A stretch of 64,000 nucleotides of DNA from Terriglobia bacterium (GTDB lineage: Bacteria > Acidobacteriota > Polarisedimenticolia > Polarisedimenticolales > JAIQFR01), in NCBI GenBank assembly GCA_963748015.1, contig CAVVHE010000005.1, positions 32,001-96,000 on the forward strand. The letters run 5' to 3'. Below the pieces are notes generated by a model. That model did not search any database. It was not told the origin of the DNA and saw only the letters and a list, made by a program, of their open reading frames with translations. The position numbers were made by a program, and so were the translations under genes. Positions 43,965 to 54,641 of the stretch are shown in pieces (the stretch's first letter is position 1; each line of letters begins with the position of its first letter).

Positions 43965-44794
43965 GACGCGTGTCGTCGGGCGCCCCACCATTGGAGCAGG
44001 TTGATCACCAGCAGCATGAAGAAAGACACCACCAGCATCGCCACGGCCAGGGCGGTGGCCCCCGGATAATCATACTGCTCGAGTTTGGTCACGATCAGCA
44101 GCGGGGTGATCTCCGTCTTCATGGGCATGTTGCCGGCGATGAAGATCACCGAGCCGTATTCGCCTACCCCGCGGGCGAAGGAGAGGGCGAACCCGGTCAG
44201 GATGGCGGGCAGGAGCACGGGCAGGATCACCCGCCAGAAGGTTTGCCAGCGGTTTGCCCCGAGTGAAGCGGCCACCTGTTCGACTTCGGGTTCGAGGTCT
44301 TCGAGGACCGGTTGCACGGTCCGCACGACAAACGGCAGCCCGATGAAGATCAGGGCGACCATCACGCCGAGCGGAGTGAACGCGATCTGGAGTCCCAGCG
44401 GCGCCAACCAGCGGCCGATCCAGCCCGCCGGGGCATGGATCGCAGTCAAAGCGATGCCCGCCACCGCTGTCGGCAACGCAAACGGCAGGTCCACCAGCGC
44501 GTCCACCAGCCGTTTGCCAGGAAAGGGATAGCGCACCAGCACCCAGGCCACGAGCAACCCGAACATGCTGTTGATGCTTGCGGCGACCAAGGACGCGCCG
44601 AACGTCAGTCGGTAGGAGGCCAGCGCCCGGGGCGAGAGCACAGTCTCCGTAAACTGGCCCCAGCTCACTTGCGTGGTCTTGAGGAACGTTCCGGCCAGCG
44701 GGATGAGGACGATCAGGCTCAGGTAAAGCAGCGTGAAGCCCATCGCCAGCCCAAAGCCGGGAATCACACTCCGCTTTTTCCAAGGTCGCTTCAT
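43961..44794 (-). CDS. cysT: Sulfate ABC transporter permease CysT (CysU)
   Basis: [44 protein letters not shown]. Confidence 0.95.
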   Translation of the reverse strand: MKRPWKKRSVIPGFGLAMGFTLLYLSLIVLIPLAGTFLKTTQVSWGQFTETVLSPRALASYRLTFGASLVAASINSMFGLLVAWVLVRYPFPGKRLVDALVDLPFALPTAVAGIALTAIHAPAGWIGRWLAPLGLQIAFTPLGVMVALIFIGLPFVVRTVQPVLEDLEPEVEQVAASLGANRWQTFWRVILPVLLPAILTGFALSFARGVGEYGSVIFIAGNMPMKTEITPLLIVTKLEQYDYPGATALAVAMLVVSFFMLLVINLLQWWGARRHAS

Positions 44795-44848
44795 GATTCG
44801 GAGCCGGGCGCTGTGCCAGAAAAATGTCGGGATCCACGCGCCCCCGGA

Positions 44849-44926
44849 TCAGCGTGTGAGGTGAATTGGGTCGAAAAGCCCGCCATCATTGAAATGCCGA
44901 TTCTGCGCCTCATGCCAGCCGCCTTT
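44849..44926 (-). pseudogene. sbp: C-terminal relic of the sulfate-binding protein Sbp/CysP
   Basis: Hand translation KGGWHEAQNRHFNDGGLFDPIHLTR* matches the Sbp terminus GGW..AQ..HF.DGG.FD.I, at the expected position before cysT. Confidence 0.7.
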
Positions 44927-45822
44927 GCCAGTCGAGTGGAAGCAGTTCGGCGCGCTCATGTTCAGCCCATATTCATCAGGAGCCGGACCGCCGTCAAATG
45001 TCATCCACGCGTAGATTGTTCACGAGGTGTCGCGCCTTCTCAGAACCCCCATTCTGGATGGCTGACCGAGAAGCCCCATCCACTCCGCACGGCGGATTCG
45101 CAAACGCCAATACCGCCTGCCCCGCAGCGCTTGGTTGTTTGGGAGTGCCGTAGATTGACGTAGTCCCCAGCGGTTGGATAATGGTCTGGCAGGACATGTC
45201 GACCTCCTCGGTATTTTATCGGGACCACCTCACGCACAGGTGGATATGCTGGTGTCGGTTGCATCGGGACGGGATTGATCGAGATTATCTGCGGTTGGAG
45301 GCTCGGGTTGAAGAGGGGGACCTCCGACAGCAAAAGACAGCGTGCGGCTAAGACCGAATGTCGTGAGGCAGTCAGGTCTGGGCGCACGGGACTAACGAAC
45401 GAGTTGCAAGACTATGGCGTCTCCGAGCACAAGAACGGAAGGCAGTCCGGGCCGCGTGAAAAGGTTTTGGAGCGGCTTCGTGAGTTGCTTCGCGTGGATG
45501 AAAGACCGCGCCCATCACACGGAGAGTTCCACCGAGAAACAGGCGGCTCCGAAGCCTGAGGAAATGAAACACTAAGTCGGTTGCGCAGACTCAGTTTCAG
45601 CGGGTCGGAGGGGAGGGGGGCGTGGCTGGCAGTGTTGAGGCCGGGGGCTGGGTGCGTCCTCTGCGGCGAAAAGTGGTAAGTGAGGAGCACGCGGCGAAGG
45701 GACGTTGTGTGCTCCTCTCCAAACGAGCACCGTCCATCAGGTCGGTCGGGCTGCCAGAAAGCGCACGATTTGACCGGAAAGATTAGCACTTGAAGCCGGT
45801 GGGACGAGGGTTAGCCTTGGTC

Positions 45823-46632
45823 ATGCTGCTGGAATTCACCAAGATGAATGGTGCGGGCAACGACTTCGTGTTGTTCGACAACCGCGAGGGTCGCGTGAAG
45901 CTCATTCCCGAGATCGTGGCCCGGCTTTGCGAACGCCACGCGGGCGTCGGCGCCGATGGAGTTATCGGCCTGATACCCTGCCGTTCCGGACGGGCGGATT
46001 GGGCGTGGGAATTCTTCAACAGTGATGGCAGCGCGGCGGAGATGTGCGGCAATGGAGCCCGGTGTTTCGCCCGTTATGTTCAGCGAGTTGCCGGTGCCCC
46101 GGACCAGTTCAGCTTCGAGACCGCCGCCGGTGTCGTGGTCGCGCGATTGGAAGGCGACCAGGTGACGATTGGTCTGACACCACCACAGAACATGCGCCTC
46201 AACGAGACCCTGCAGCTCAGTTCCGGCCCCTTGGCGGTGCACAGCCTCAACACAGGTGTGCCGCATGCCGTGTTGTTCGTGCCGGATGCCGATCAAGCCA
46301 TGGTCTCCACCATTGGCCAGGAGATCCGGCGGCATGCGCACTTTGCGCCACGCGGGACCAATGTCAATTTCGTGCAGGTCCTGGGACCCGGCTCGATTCG
46401 AGTGCGGACCTACGAGCGCGGGGTTGAGGGGGAGACTCTGGCCTGCGGAACCGGTGTCGCCGCCTCCGCCTTAATCAGTGCCCGGCTTCAGGGCTTTTCG
46501 TCGCCTGTGCGGGTGCGCGTGCAAGGGGGCGGCCATCTGGAAGTCTCGTTCCAGCAGAACGGAACCTACTTCATGGAGGTCCGCCTCAAGGGACCGGCGG
46601 ATTTCGTTTTCGACGGCAGGATCCAGGTTTGA
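45823..46632 (+). CDS. dapF: Diaminopimelate epimerase
   Basis: FTKMNGAGNDF, EMCGNGARC, NTGVPH, RTYERGVEGETLACGTG. Confidence 0.97.
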   Translation: MLLEFTKMNGAGNDFVLFDNREGRVKLIPEIVARLCERHAGVGADGVIGLIPCRSGRADWAWEFFNSDGSAAEMCGNGARCFARYVQRVAGAPDQFSFETAAGVVVARLEGDQVTIGLTPPQNMRLNETLQLSSGPLAVHSLNTGVPHAVLFVPDADQAMVSTIGQEIRRHAHFAPRGTNVNFVQVLGPGSIRVRTYERGVEGETLACGTGVAASALISARLQGFSSPVRVRVQGGGHLEVSFQQNGTYFMEVRLKGPADFVFDGRIQV

Positions 46633-46738
46633 ACCGACATTTCCTGCATAGTCGATGTGGGGGAACGGCCATCCACTCGAAGCTTGCAGGTGGAACGGTT
46701 TCTGGAATCCTGCCCGCCCTGACCAGGAGTCAAAAGTC

Positions 46739-47617
46739 ATGTTTATCGGAACTTACACTGCGATTGTGACACCGTTTCGAAACGGTGAGGTGGACGAAGC
46801 CGCGCTGGGGCGCCTCATTCGGGGACAGATCCAAGGCGGGGTGGATGGCATCGTGCCGGTGGGAACCACCGGGGAATCACCCACGCTTGATTACGAGGAG
46901 CACATCCGCGTGATTGCGTTGAGTGTGAAGATGGCCGCCGGCCGGATCAAGGTTCTGGCCGGGACCGGGGCCAACTCGACCGAGGAAGCCATCTACCTGA
47001 CCCACGAAGCGGAACGTGTAGGGGCCAATGGCTCGCTTCAGGTGGCTCCCTATTACAACAAGCCATCGCAGGAGGGGCTGTTCCAACATTACAAAGCCAT
47101 CGCGCGCCGGACTCGATTGCCTATCGTGCTCTACAGCATTCCGGGGCGTTGTGGAATCGAGATCGGGGTCGACACTGTGGCCCGTCTGGCCAAGACATGC
47201 CGCAATATCATCGGAATCAAGGAGGCTGGCGGCAACGCGGATCGGGTGAGCCAGTTGCGTCAGTCTTTGGGCCCAAAGTTCCTGATCCTGAGCGGGGACG
47301 ACTCCCTCACCTTGCCGTTCATGTCTGTCGGCGCACAGGGTGTCATCAGCGTAGCCTCCAACGTCATCCCCCGCCCGGTGACCCGGATGGTAGCGGCCTT
47401 CGCTGCGGGCCGTGCGGGGGAGGCGCGGCGGTTGCATGCACAATACTACCCCCTTTTCAAGGATTTGTTCATCGAAACCAATCCGGCTCCGGTCAAAGCC
47501 GCCCTGGCAATGCTGGACTGCATCGAAAACGAACTCCGGCTGCCGCTGGTGCCAATCAGCCAGGCCAGTGCACAACGGCTGCGCGCCACGCTCAAAGCTT
47601 GTGGTGTGCTGAAGTGA
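46739..47617 (+). CDS. dapA: 4-hydroxy-tetrahydrodipicolinate synthase
   Basis: TAIVTPF, GTTGESPTL, PYYNKPSQEG, GIKEA, LSGDD, ETNPAPVK. Confidence 0.97.
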   Translation: MFIGTYTAIVTPFRNGEVDEAALGRLIRGQIQGGVDGIVPVGTTGESPTLDYEEHIRVIALSVKMAAGRIKVLAGTGANSTEEAIYLTHEAERVGANGSLQVAPYYNKPSQEGLFQHYKAIARRTRLPIVLYSIPGRCGIEIGVDTVARLAKTCRNIIGIKEAGGNADRVSQLRQSLGPKFLILSGDDSLTLPFMSVGAQGVISVASNVIPRPVTRMVAAFAAGRAGEARRLHAQYYPLFKDLFIETNPAPVKAALAMLDCIENELRLPLVPISQASAQRLRATLKACGVLK

Positions 47618-47632
47618 AAACGGATGTCATCG

Positions 47633-48367
47633 ATGACACGCATCATCATCACGGGATCCAGGGGGCGCATGGGCCAGGCGTTGTCGAGTTGTGCCGCGCG
47701 GCTTGCAGGCATCGAGGTGGTCGGGGGGGTGGACCAGGGTGACGACCTCGCCTCGATCGTCGATCGATGCGACGGGGTGATCGATTTCAGTTTCCATACC
47801 GTCACAGTCGAAGTCGCTGAACTCTGCGCCCGTTATGGAAAGTTCCTGGTCATCGGCACAACAGGACACACGGCAACAGAGCGGGCGCAAATTGACAGCC
47901 TTGCATCGCTTGTCCCGATTGTCATGGCGTCCAACTATTCCACCGGAGTCAACACCCTGTTCTGGCTGACCCGCAAGGCGGCGGAGATTCTCGGCCCGTC
48001 GTTCGATTTGGAAGTGGTGGAGATGCATCACCGCTTGAAGCAGGATGCGCCCAGTGGAACCGCTCGCACGTTGGGCGAAATCCTGGCGGCCGTTCGGCAG
48101 CAGCAGTTTGACCAGGTCGTCCGCCACGGCCGTTCCGGCATCGTGGGGCCGCGCACCACCACTGAAATTGGAATGCATTCGCTTCGGGGGGGCGATGTGG
48201 TGGGGGACCACACGGTGGTGTTTGCCACCCAAGGCGAGCGGGTGGAACTGACGCACAAGGCCTCCAGTCGCGACACCTTTGCCACCGGCGCCCTGCGGGC
48301 CGCGGTCTGGGTGCACTCGCAGCAGCCCGGGCTCTATAGTATGCAGGACGTGTTGGGCCTGAAGTGA
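47633..48367 (+). CDS. dapB: 4-hydroxy-tetrahydrodipicolinate reductase
   Basis: GSRGRMG, IDFS, VIGTTG, EMHHRLKQDAPSGTA, RGGDVVGDH. Confidence 0.97.
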   Translation: MTRIIITGSRGRMGQALSSCAARLAGIEVVGGVDQGDDLASIVDRCDGVIDFSFHTVTVEVAELCARYGKFLVIGTTGHTATERAQIDSLASLVPIVMASNYSTGVNTLFWLTRKAAEILGPSFDLEVVEMHHRLKQDAPSGTARTLGEILAAVRQQQFDQVVRHGRSGIVGPRTTTEIGMHSLRGGDVVGDHTVVFATQGERVELTHKASSRDTFATGALRAAVWVHSQQPGLYSMQDVLGLK

Positions 48368-48921
48368 GTGGGAAACACGTAACGGGGAGCACGGAGGGCG
48401 CCTTGCGGTCATATCCTTTGGCCGTGATTGCCCTGGGATCGAACCTCGGCGATTCCGCGCAGGTCATACGGTTCGTCATGGACCGGCTTCAGGAATACTC
48501 CAGCACTCCGATCCTGCGGTCCTCGCTCTGGCGCAGCGTTCCGGTCGATTGTCCTCCCGGTTCGCCTGATTTTGTCAATGCGGTTGTTGGCATGATTCCT
48601 CTCCCGGAGGAGACGCCCGAGACGCTGTTGGACAAGTTGCAGGCGCTGGAACGCGAGTTTGGGCGTCGGCCCAAGCAGGTGATGAACGAGGCGCGTCCTT
48701 TGGACCTGGACCTGATCGTCTTCGGTCAGGAAGTGCGCAGCTCGCATGAATTGACCCTGCCACATCCGCGAGCGCACCTGCGCCGGTTTGTGCTCGATCC
48801 TTTGGCGGAGATCGCACCCGACCTTAGACTGCCGCACCAAACAGCGACCGTGTCGCAACTGCTGGCCCAGCTCGTGCCAGGAGTTCATCAGGTCCCGGAC
48901 CCCCCTCTCCATCTTTTCTAA
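48364..48921 (+). CDS. folK: 6-hydroxymethyl-7,8-dihydropterin pyrophosphokinase
   Basis: IALGSNLGD, DFVNAV, RPLDLDLI, LPHPRAHLRRFVLDPL. Confidence 0.93.
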   Translation: MSGKHVTGSTEGALRSYPLAVIALGSNLGDSAQVIRFVMDRLQEYSSTPILRSSLWRSVPVDCPPGSPDFVNAVVGMIPLPEETPETLLDKLQALEREFGRRPKQVMNEARPLDLDLIVFGQEVRSSHELTLPHPRAHLRRFVLDPLAEIAPDLRLPHQTATVSQLLAQLVPGVHQVPDPPLHLF

Positions 48922-49086
48922 ACTCCTGATCAAAAGCTGCTTGGCAACCTTTTGTCCCAGGTGGAACAAAAGGTTGCACAGCCGGATTTCGGGTCAGTTG
49001 CATCCTAGACGGTTGCTGCGGTGGCCTGTAGGCTCTGCATCCAAGTTTCCGAACCGATCCACCGGTTCAGTCTGAATCGTTCATCT

Positions 49087-49656
49087 ATGAAACTCCCAAC
49101 GGTCATTCTGGCCTCCGTTTCGCCTCGACGAGTGGAGTTGCTCCGACAGCTCGACGTCGAGTTCCTGGTAGTTCCCAGCCAGGTGGTGGAGTTGCATCAC
49201 GAGGAGTTGAGTGCCGGCGAGATCTCCCAACTCAACGCCTATCGCAAGGCGCGGCAGGTAGCCAAACAACACCCGGACTGCTTGGTTATTGGTGCCGACA
49301 CGCTGGTGTCCCTGGGTACGCGCCTGTATGGCAAGCCAGCCAACCGGCCGCAAGCGGCGCAAATGCTGCAGGAGTTGTCCGGGCGCACCCACAGTGTGAC
49401 GACCGGAGTCTGCCTGCTGCATTTGCGTGGACATCGCCAGCGGTTGTTCCTCGAAACCTCCTTTGTCACATTGCATACGCTTTCCCCAGCCCGGATTGCG
49501 ACTTATCTGGATCGTGTGAACCCGCTCGACAAAGCGGGCGCCTATGCCATTCAGGAAAGCGGAGAGTTGATTGTGGAAAACGTCCTGGGCTCCTTCACCA
49601 ATGTGGTGGGGCTTCCACTGGCCCGACTGCGCGAGGAACTGTCGATGTGGGGCTGA
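49087..49656 (+). CDS. maf: Maf family nucleotide pyrophosphatase
   Basis: ILASVSPRRVELL, IGADTLV, GKP, DKAGAYAIQ, NVVGLP. Confidence 0.95.
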   Translation: MKLPTVILASVSPRRVELLRQLDVEFLVVPSQVVELHHEELSAGEISQLNAYRKARQVAKQHPDCLVIGADTLVSLGTRLYGKPANRPQAAQMLQELSGRTHSVTTGVCLLHLRGHRQRLFLETSFVTLHTLSPARIATYLDRVNPLDKAGAYAIQESGELIVENVLGSFTNVVGLPLARLREELSMWG

Positions 49657-49832
49657 GGTCGGCGGCTGGGATTCTCAAGAGACATCCCCGGAGAGGGAGG
49701 GCCTTGGTGTGCGCGGCATGGGTGCCAGGACAATCCGTCCTCTCCATCCTGCGCAGCAAGAGCTGCTGCGGGGAAGGCCCGGCGTAAGCGGAATTGCTGC
49801 GGCGGGTGGACGGCGGCCTGCCGCAACGGAAA

Positions 49833-51224
49833 TCACTTTCGAGAACTGGTCTGGACCGCCTGGGAGAGTTCCTGCCACAGATGGGCGCTCATGCATTGGC
49901 CGCGTTCAAAGCATTCCAAGTCAAACTTTTCGTTCGGGGAATGCATGTTGTCGTCCGGCAACCCCAGCCCGAGCAGCAATGTGTCCGCACCCAGGACCCT
50001 GCGGAACTCATTGACGATGGGAATGGACCCTCCCTCGCGCAAAAGGACGGGTTGGCGTCCGAAGGCTTTACGGAGCGACAGAAGTGCGGCTTGGGCAAGG
50101 GGGCCGGAGGGGGAGACCAGGTAGGGTTCGGCGCCGTGGCCCGGCTCCAATTCCAATCGGACGCTGGGCGGACAAATCCTTTTGAGATACCGGCTTACCA
50201 GTTGCACGACGCGTTTGGGATCTTGGTTGGGGACCAGGCGTAAGGTGAGCTTTGCCCTGGCACAAGAAGGGACGATGGTCTTGCTGCCTTCGCCCTGATA
50301 GCCGCTGGTCAAGCCGTTGATTTCGAGCGTGGGGCGGGCTGAGCGTTGTTCGAGAGGACTGAATCCCGCTTCCCCGAACAGGGCCGGTACGCCCAGCATT
50401 CGCTGGTAGGCGGTTGCGTTGAACGGGAGTCTGCGAAACTGGCGTCGTTCCGCCGCGGAGAGGAGTTGGACGTCATCGTAGAAACCTGGGACAGTGATTG
50501 CCCCCCGGTCATCGCGCATCTGGGCAAGCATCCGTGCCAGGGCCATCGCGGGATTTTCCACACTGCCGCCGAACACCCCGGAATGCAGGTCGTGGGAGGG
50601 ACCGTGCACGGTGATTTCCAACGCAGCCAATCCCCGCAGGGCGTAGGTCAGGGCGGGATGCCGCTTGTCTGGCATGCCGGTGTCCGAGACCACGATGGCG
50701 TCGCAGCGCAGTTCAGCCCGGTTCTCGCGAAGGAAGCGGCTCAGGGAAGTGCTGCCCACCTCCTCCTCCCCCTCGATAACAAAGGTGACGTCGCAGGGCA
50801 GTTCCGTTCCCGTCGCGAGGTAGGCTTCGACCGCCCTGAGGTGCGCCAGGTTCTGGCCTTTGTTATCGCTGGCACCGCGAGCAAACAGCTTCCGTCCCGC
50901 GATGCGCGGTTCAAACGGCGGACTGGTCCAGAGTTCGAACGGTTCCGGGGGTTGTACGTCGTAGTGACCGTAGACGAGGAAATGCGGGCGATCCAGCCGG
51001 CATTGGGAGCGGGTGGTGGCGAGGACGATGGGATGGCCCGTCGTGAAATGCAGTTGGGCGCGCAAGCCCATGGTTTGGCAGCGTCGCACCAGCCAGCGGG
51101 CGCAGGCCATCAGATCTTTCCGATGTTGCGGTTGCGCCGAGACGCTGGGGAACCGCACGTATTCACAGAGATCCTCGATCGCACGCCGGCGGTTCCGTTT
51201 CAGATGGTTCAGGACAGCCTTCAT
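49833..51224 (-). CDS. M20 family dipeptidase
   Basis: YGHYDVQPPEP, RGASDNKGQ, EGEEEVGS, DLHSG, GGSIP, HSPNEKF. Confidence 0.93.
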   Translation of the reverse strand: MKAVLNHLKRNRRRAIEDLCEYVRFPSVSAQPQHRKDLMACARWLVRRCQTMGLRAQLHFTTGHPIVLATTRSQCRLDRPHFLVYGHYDVQPPEPFELWTSPPFEPRIAGRKLFARGASDNKGQNLAHLRAVEAYLATGTELPCDVTFVIEGEEEVGSTSLSRFLRENRAELRCDAIVVSDTGMPDKRHPALTYALRGLAALEITVHGPSHDLHSGVFGGSVENPAMALARMLAQMRDDRGAITVPGFYDDVQLLSAAERRQFRRLPFNATAYQRMLGVPALFGEAGFSPLEQRSARPTLEINGLTSGYQGEGSKTIVPSCARAKLTLRLVPNQDPKRVVQLVSRYLKRICPPSVRLELEPGHGAEPYLVSPSGPLAQAALLSLRKAFGRQPVLLREGGSIPIVNEFRRVLGADTLLLGLGLPDDNMHSPNEKFDLECFERGQCMSAHLWQELSQAVQTSSRK

Positions 51225-51383
51225 GCGGGACCCGTTTAGCACGAAGCATCGGCAAAACAAAACGGAAACTGTTGCGTGATCTCCTCTGGTGTGGCATCTG
51301 CTCGAACTCGTCCATCGACAGGTATAAGCCCAGGGATTGTCCGGTTGGGGGACAGCTTTGTCCTGTCTCTTACAGATGCCACC

Positions 51384-51710
51384 ATGGATTACGACGAGCG
51401 ATCAGTCCGCATCTTCCTGAGGGGATATCCGGGACAATTCGTGTCCCCGCGCGTGGTCAGTCGGCGCCTGGGGGGCAAACGGCGCTATCACGAGGATCCT
51501 CTGTGGGTCATGCCCATCCTCAACGCATTGGTGGACAAGGGGGTCGTCGAAACGGATGCGCAGGGGCATTTCCGGCTCAAGAAAGTGGATCCGTCGGATC
51601 CGCTGAAGCGCACGTGGATGTCTCCCCAGGTCAAGCGCATCCTTGAGCGAAGCTCGCGCGACTTCACCAAGGTCATCACGATTGACGAGGACACGGAAGA
51701 GCTTGATTAG
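51384..51710 (+). CDS. Small hypothetical protein (winged-helix-like)
   Basis: FLRGYPGQFVSPRVVSRRLGGKRRY..WVMPILNALVDKGVVETDAQGHFRL. Confidence 0.6.
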   Translation: MDYDERSVRIFLRGYPGQFVSPRVVSRRLGGKRRYHEDPLWVMPILNALVDKGVVETDAQGHFRLKKVDPSDPLKRTWMSPQVKRILERSSRDFTKVITIDEDTEELD

Positions 51711-51719
51711 GTTGGCCCA

Positions 51720-52106
51720 CTATTGCTTCCAGTCCAAACCGCCCTTCTTCAATTCGTAAGCGAATCCGACGAAGATCAGGGCGAGGAAGGGGATCATCCC
51801 CCCGAGGATCAGGGCGGCATTGTCCCGGATCATTTCCTTGTAAACCACCGCCCACGGATAGAGGAAGACCACCTCGATGTCGAACAGGATGAACAGCATC
51901 GCCACAAGGTAGAATTTGACCGACATGCGTGGGCTTCCACTGCCCTCGGGCAGCATGCCGCACTCGTAGGCGGTGTCCTTGATTTTCGTGCGGCGCGCAG
52001 CGCGGCCAAGTGCCACGGAGCCAAACAGCATGAACGCCGTAAACCCGACCGCCAGGATGCCGAGCATCAGAACCGGAAGATATTGTTGGAGTTGTCCGCT
52101 CTCCAC
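51720..52106 (-). CDS. nuoA: NADH-quinone oxidoreductase subunit A
   Basis: YECGM, VKFYLVAMLFILFDIEVVFLYPWA, KGGLDW. Confidence 0.95.
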   Translation of the reverse strand: MESGQLQQYLPVLMLGILAVGFTAFMLFGSVALGRAARRTKIKDTAYECGMLPEGSGSPRMSVKFYLVAMLFILFDIEVVFLYPWAVVYKEMIRDNAALILGGMIPFLALIFVGFAYELKKGGLDWKQ

Positions 52107-52199
52107 GGCGCGTAGTCTACGGGAGCAAACCTGTTGCGCAAGCGGTTTGTCCTTTGCGGTAAGATCGAGGGAAGATGGCTAGTAGTTTGCCCAGTTCAT

Positions 52200-54043
52200 T
52201 CATGGTGTAGAGGTGATCGCCAGCCGCTCGAAGCTTTCCTCGATGAAGGTGGTGTTCTGGATGCGGGCGAGCTTTGCGTAGAGCCCGTCCCTGCCCAGCA
52301 GTTCGTCGTGCGTGCCGCGCTCGACGATTTCCCCGTGCAGCAGCACCAGGATCTGATCGGCCTTGACGATCGTGCTGAGCCGATGGGCAATCACGAAGCT
52401 GGTGCGGCCCGGTCATCAACCGTTCCAAGGCCTCCTGGATCAGCCGTTCGGTGGCGGTGTCCACGCTGGCCGTGGCCTCGTCGAGGATCAGGATGGGCGC
52501 GTTCTTGAGCAGTGCGCGGGCGATGCTGACGCGCTGCTTTTCGCCGACGCTCAGTTTGATGCCGCGTTCGCCCACGTGGCGAGTCGTAGCCTTGCGGGAG
52601 GTTGGTGATGAAGTCATGGCAGTTGGCGGCCCGGGCGGCGGCGTACAAGCTCGTCCTCGGTGGCGTCGAGGCGGCCGTAGAGGATGTTCTCCCGGATCGA
52701 TGCCGTTGAAGAGAAAGGCTTCCTGGCTCACCACGCTGATCTGCGCACGCAGGGAGTCCAGCGCGATGCCCGCGATGTCCTGACCGTCGATTCAGATACC
52801 GGCCGGCGGTCGGCTCGTAGAAGGCCGGGAGCAGGTTGACGAGCGTGGATTTGCCGGCGCCCGTGGGGCCGACCAACGCGATCATCTCGGCCTGGTTCCA
52901 CGCAGAGCGAGATGTTGCTCAGCACGGTTCGGTTGTCCTCGCCATAGCTGAAGCGACCTTTCGTACTCGACCTCGCCGCGGACCGGTGTGGCCAGACAGC
53001 CCCGGCGGTCGCTGCGTTCCTCGGCCGAGTCGAGGATGTCGAACACGCGGGCCGCCGCGGCGCGGGCCGATTGCAGCATCTGGTTCAGGCCGTGCAACCG
53101 GCCGATGGGGTCGTAGAAGAACATGCCGGCGTAAAGCATGAACGCGACGAGTTCGCCCACCTCCATCCGCCCGTCCAGCACCTGCATGCCGCCGAACCAC
53201 AGGACCAGCCCGATGCCCAGCGCGCCGACGAATTGCATCGCCGGCCCGTAGGCCGCCCAGGCGCGCATCACCACCAGCGTGCCTTCGCGCAGGTCATCCG
53301 CGCGTTTCGCAAAGCGCGCGTCCTCGTGGTCCTGGCGTCCGAAGGCCTTGATCTGGCGGATGCCCTGAAGGTTGTCCATGAGCAGCGCGTTCATGGCGCT
53401 CGAGGCTTCGCGTTGTCGGCGGTAGCGCTTGTGGGCCGTGGTGGTGTACCAGAGCGCCCCGCCAATCAGCGAGCGGCAGCGGAATGAGCGACACCGCGCG
53501 CCAGCGTGGGACTGTAGATGAACATGAACACCAGCGCGCCGACGATGCTCAGCAGCGCCACCGTCCCCTGTTCCACGCCGTCAATCAGCAGCCGTTCGAC
53601 GTTGTTCACGTCCTCGATGACGCGTGTCATCAGGTCGCCCGACGCGCGCTGGTCGAACCAGGGCACGGGCAGGCGCTGAAGCCGCGCATACACGTCGCGG
53701 CGCATGTCGAAGATGACGTTTTGTTCGAGCGTGTTGTTGATGCGGATGCGGAGCTGAATTGAACAGTTCGCGCAAGAGGAAGGCCCCAGCAAGCCGAGCG
53801 CCGCCGGCACCAGCAGTTCCCGCTGCCGAGCGCGCGATGACATCGTCGATGATAACCCGGGTGAGCTTGGGATACAGGAGGCCGAAGCCCAGTGACATGA
53901 CCGCGCAGGCGACGGTGCCCACCGCCATCCAGCAGGTAGGGCCGCAGGTAAACGCCCACGCGCCGCACCACCTCGCCGGTGGGGCGGGGCTGCGACTTGA
54001 AAGTCGGGTCGGTGTGCGCGCCGAAGCCGGGATGCAAAGACAT
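52200..54043 (-). CDS. ABC exporter, fused permease-ATPase (MsbA/MdlB-like), many frameshifts
   Basis: [61 protein letters not shown] across successive frames. Confidence 0.88.
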
Positions 54044-54056
54044 GGGAGCGGCGGAA

Positions 54057-54599
54057 CTAGCGCAGGCGTGCGCCCGTGGGGTTGGAGTCGGCACTGCATA
54101 AGAAATCGGCCATGGCGCAGGCGAATGGCGCCAGGTCGCGTGGGGTGCGGCTGGAAATCAGGTTGCCGTCCACTACCACGGATTCGTCCACCCAGATGGC
54201 CCCGGCGTTTTCGAGGTCATCCTTGATGCCAAGCGATCCAGTGGCCCGGCGTCCCTGCAGGATGCGCGCGGAAATCGGGATCCAGCCGCCATGACAAATG
54301 AAGGCGACCAGCTTGAGTTGGTCCATGAACTCGCGGGTCAGCTCAAGCACCTTCGGATCCCGACGCAACTTGTCTGGCATGAATCCGCCAGGGATGAGCA
54401 AACCCACGTAGTCACGGCTGTCCACGTCGGCGATGCGCACATCACTCCTGGCCGGGTAGCCGTGTTTTCCGGAATAGGTCCGGATCTCGGGTCCGGCCAG
54501 GGTGGTGCGAAAGCCCGCCTCCTCGATCCGCAGTTTGGGATACCACAGTTCGAGGTCCTCGTAGATGTCGTCGACAAACGCCAGGAGCGTCGGTTCCAT
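54057..54599 (-). CDS. pfpI: PfpI/DJ-1 family protease/deglycase
   Basis: YEDLELWYP, IPGGFMPDKLR, AFICHG, VVDGNLISSRTPRDL. Confidence 0.9.
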   Translation of the reverse strand: MEPTLLAFVDDIYEDLELWYPKLRIEEAGFRTTLAGPEIRTYSGKHGYPARSDVRIADVDSRDYVGLLIPGGFMPDKLRRDPKVLELTREFMDQLKLVAFICHGGWIPISARILQGRRATGSLGIKDDLENAGAIWVDESVVVDGNLISSRTPRDLAPFACAMADFLCSADSNPTGARLR

Positions 54600-54641
54600 G
54601 GGCTGAGTCTCCCACAAAACCGTGCCGGGACAAGCTGTCTG

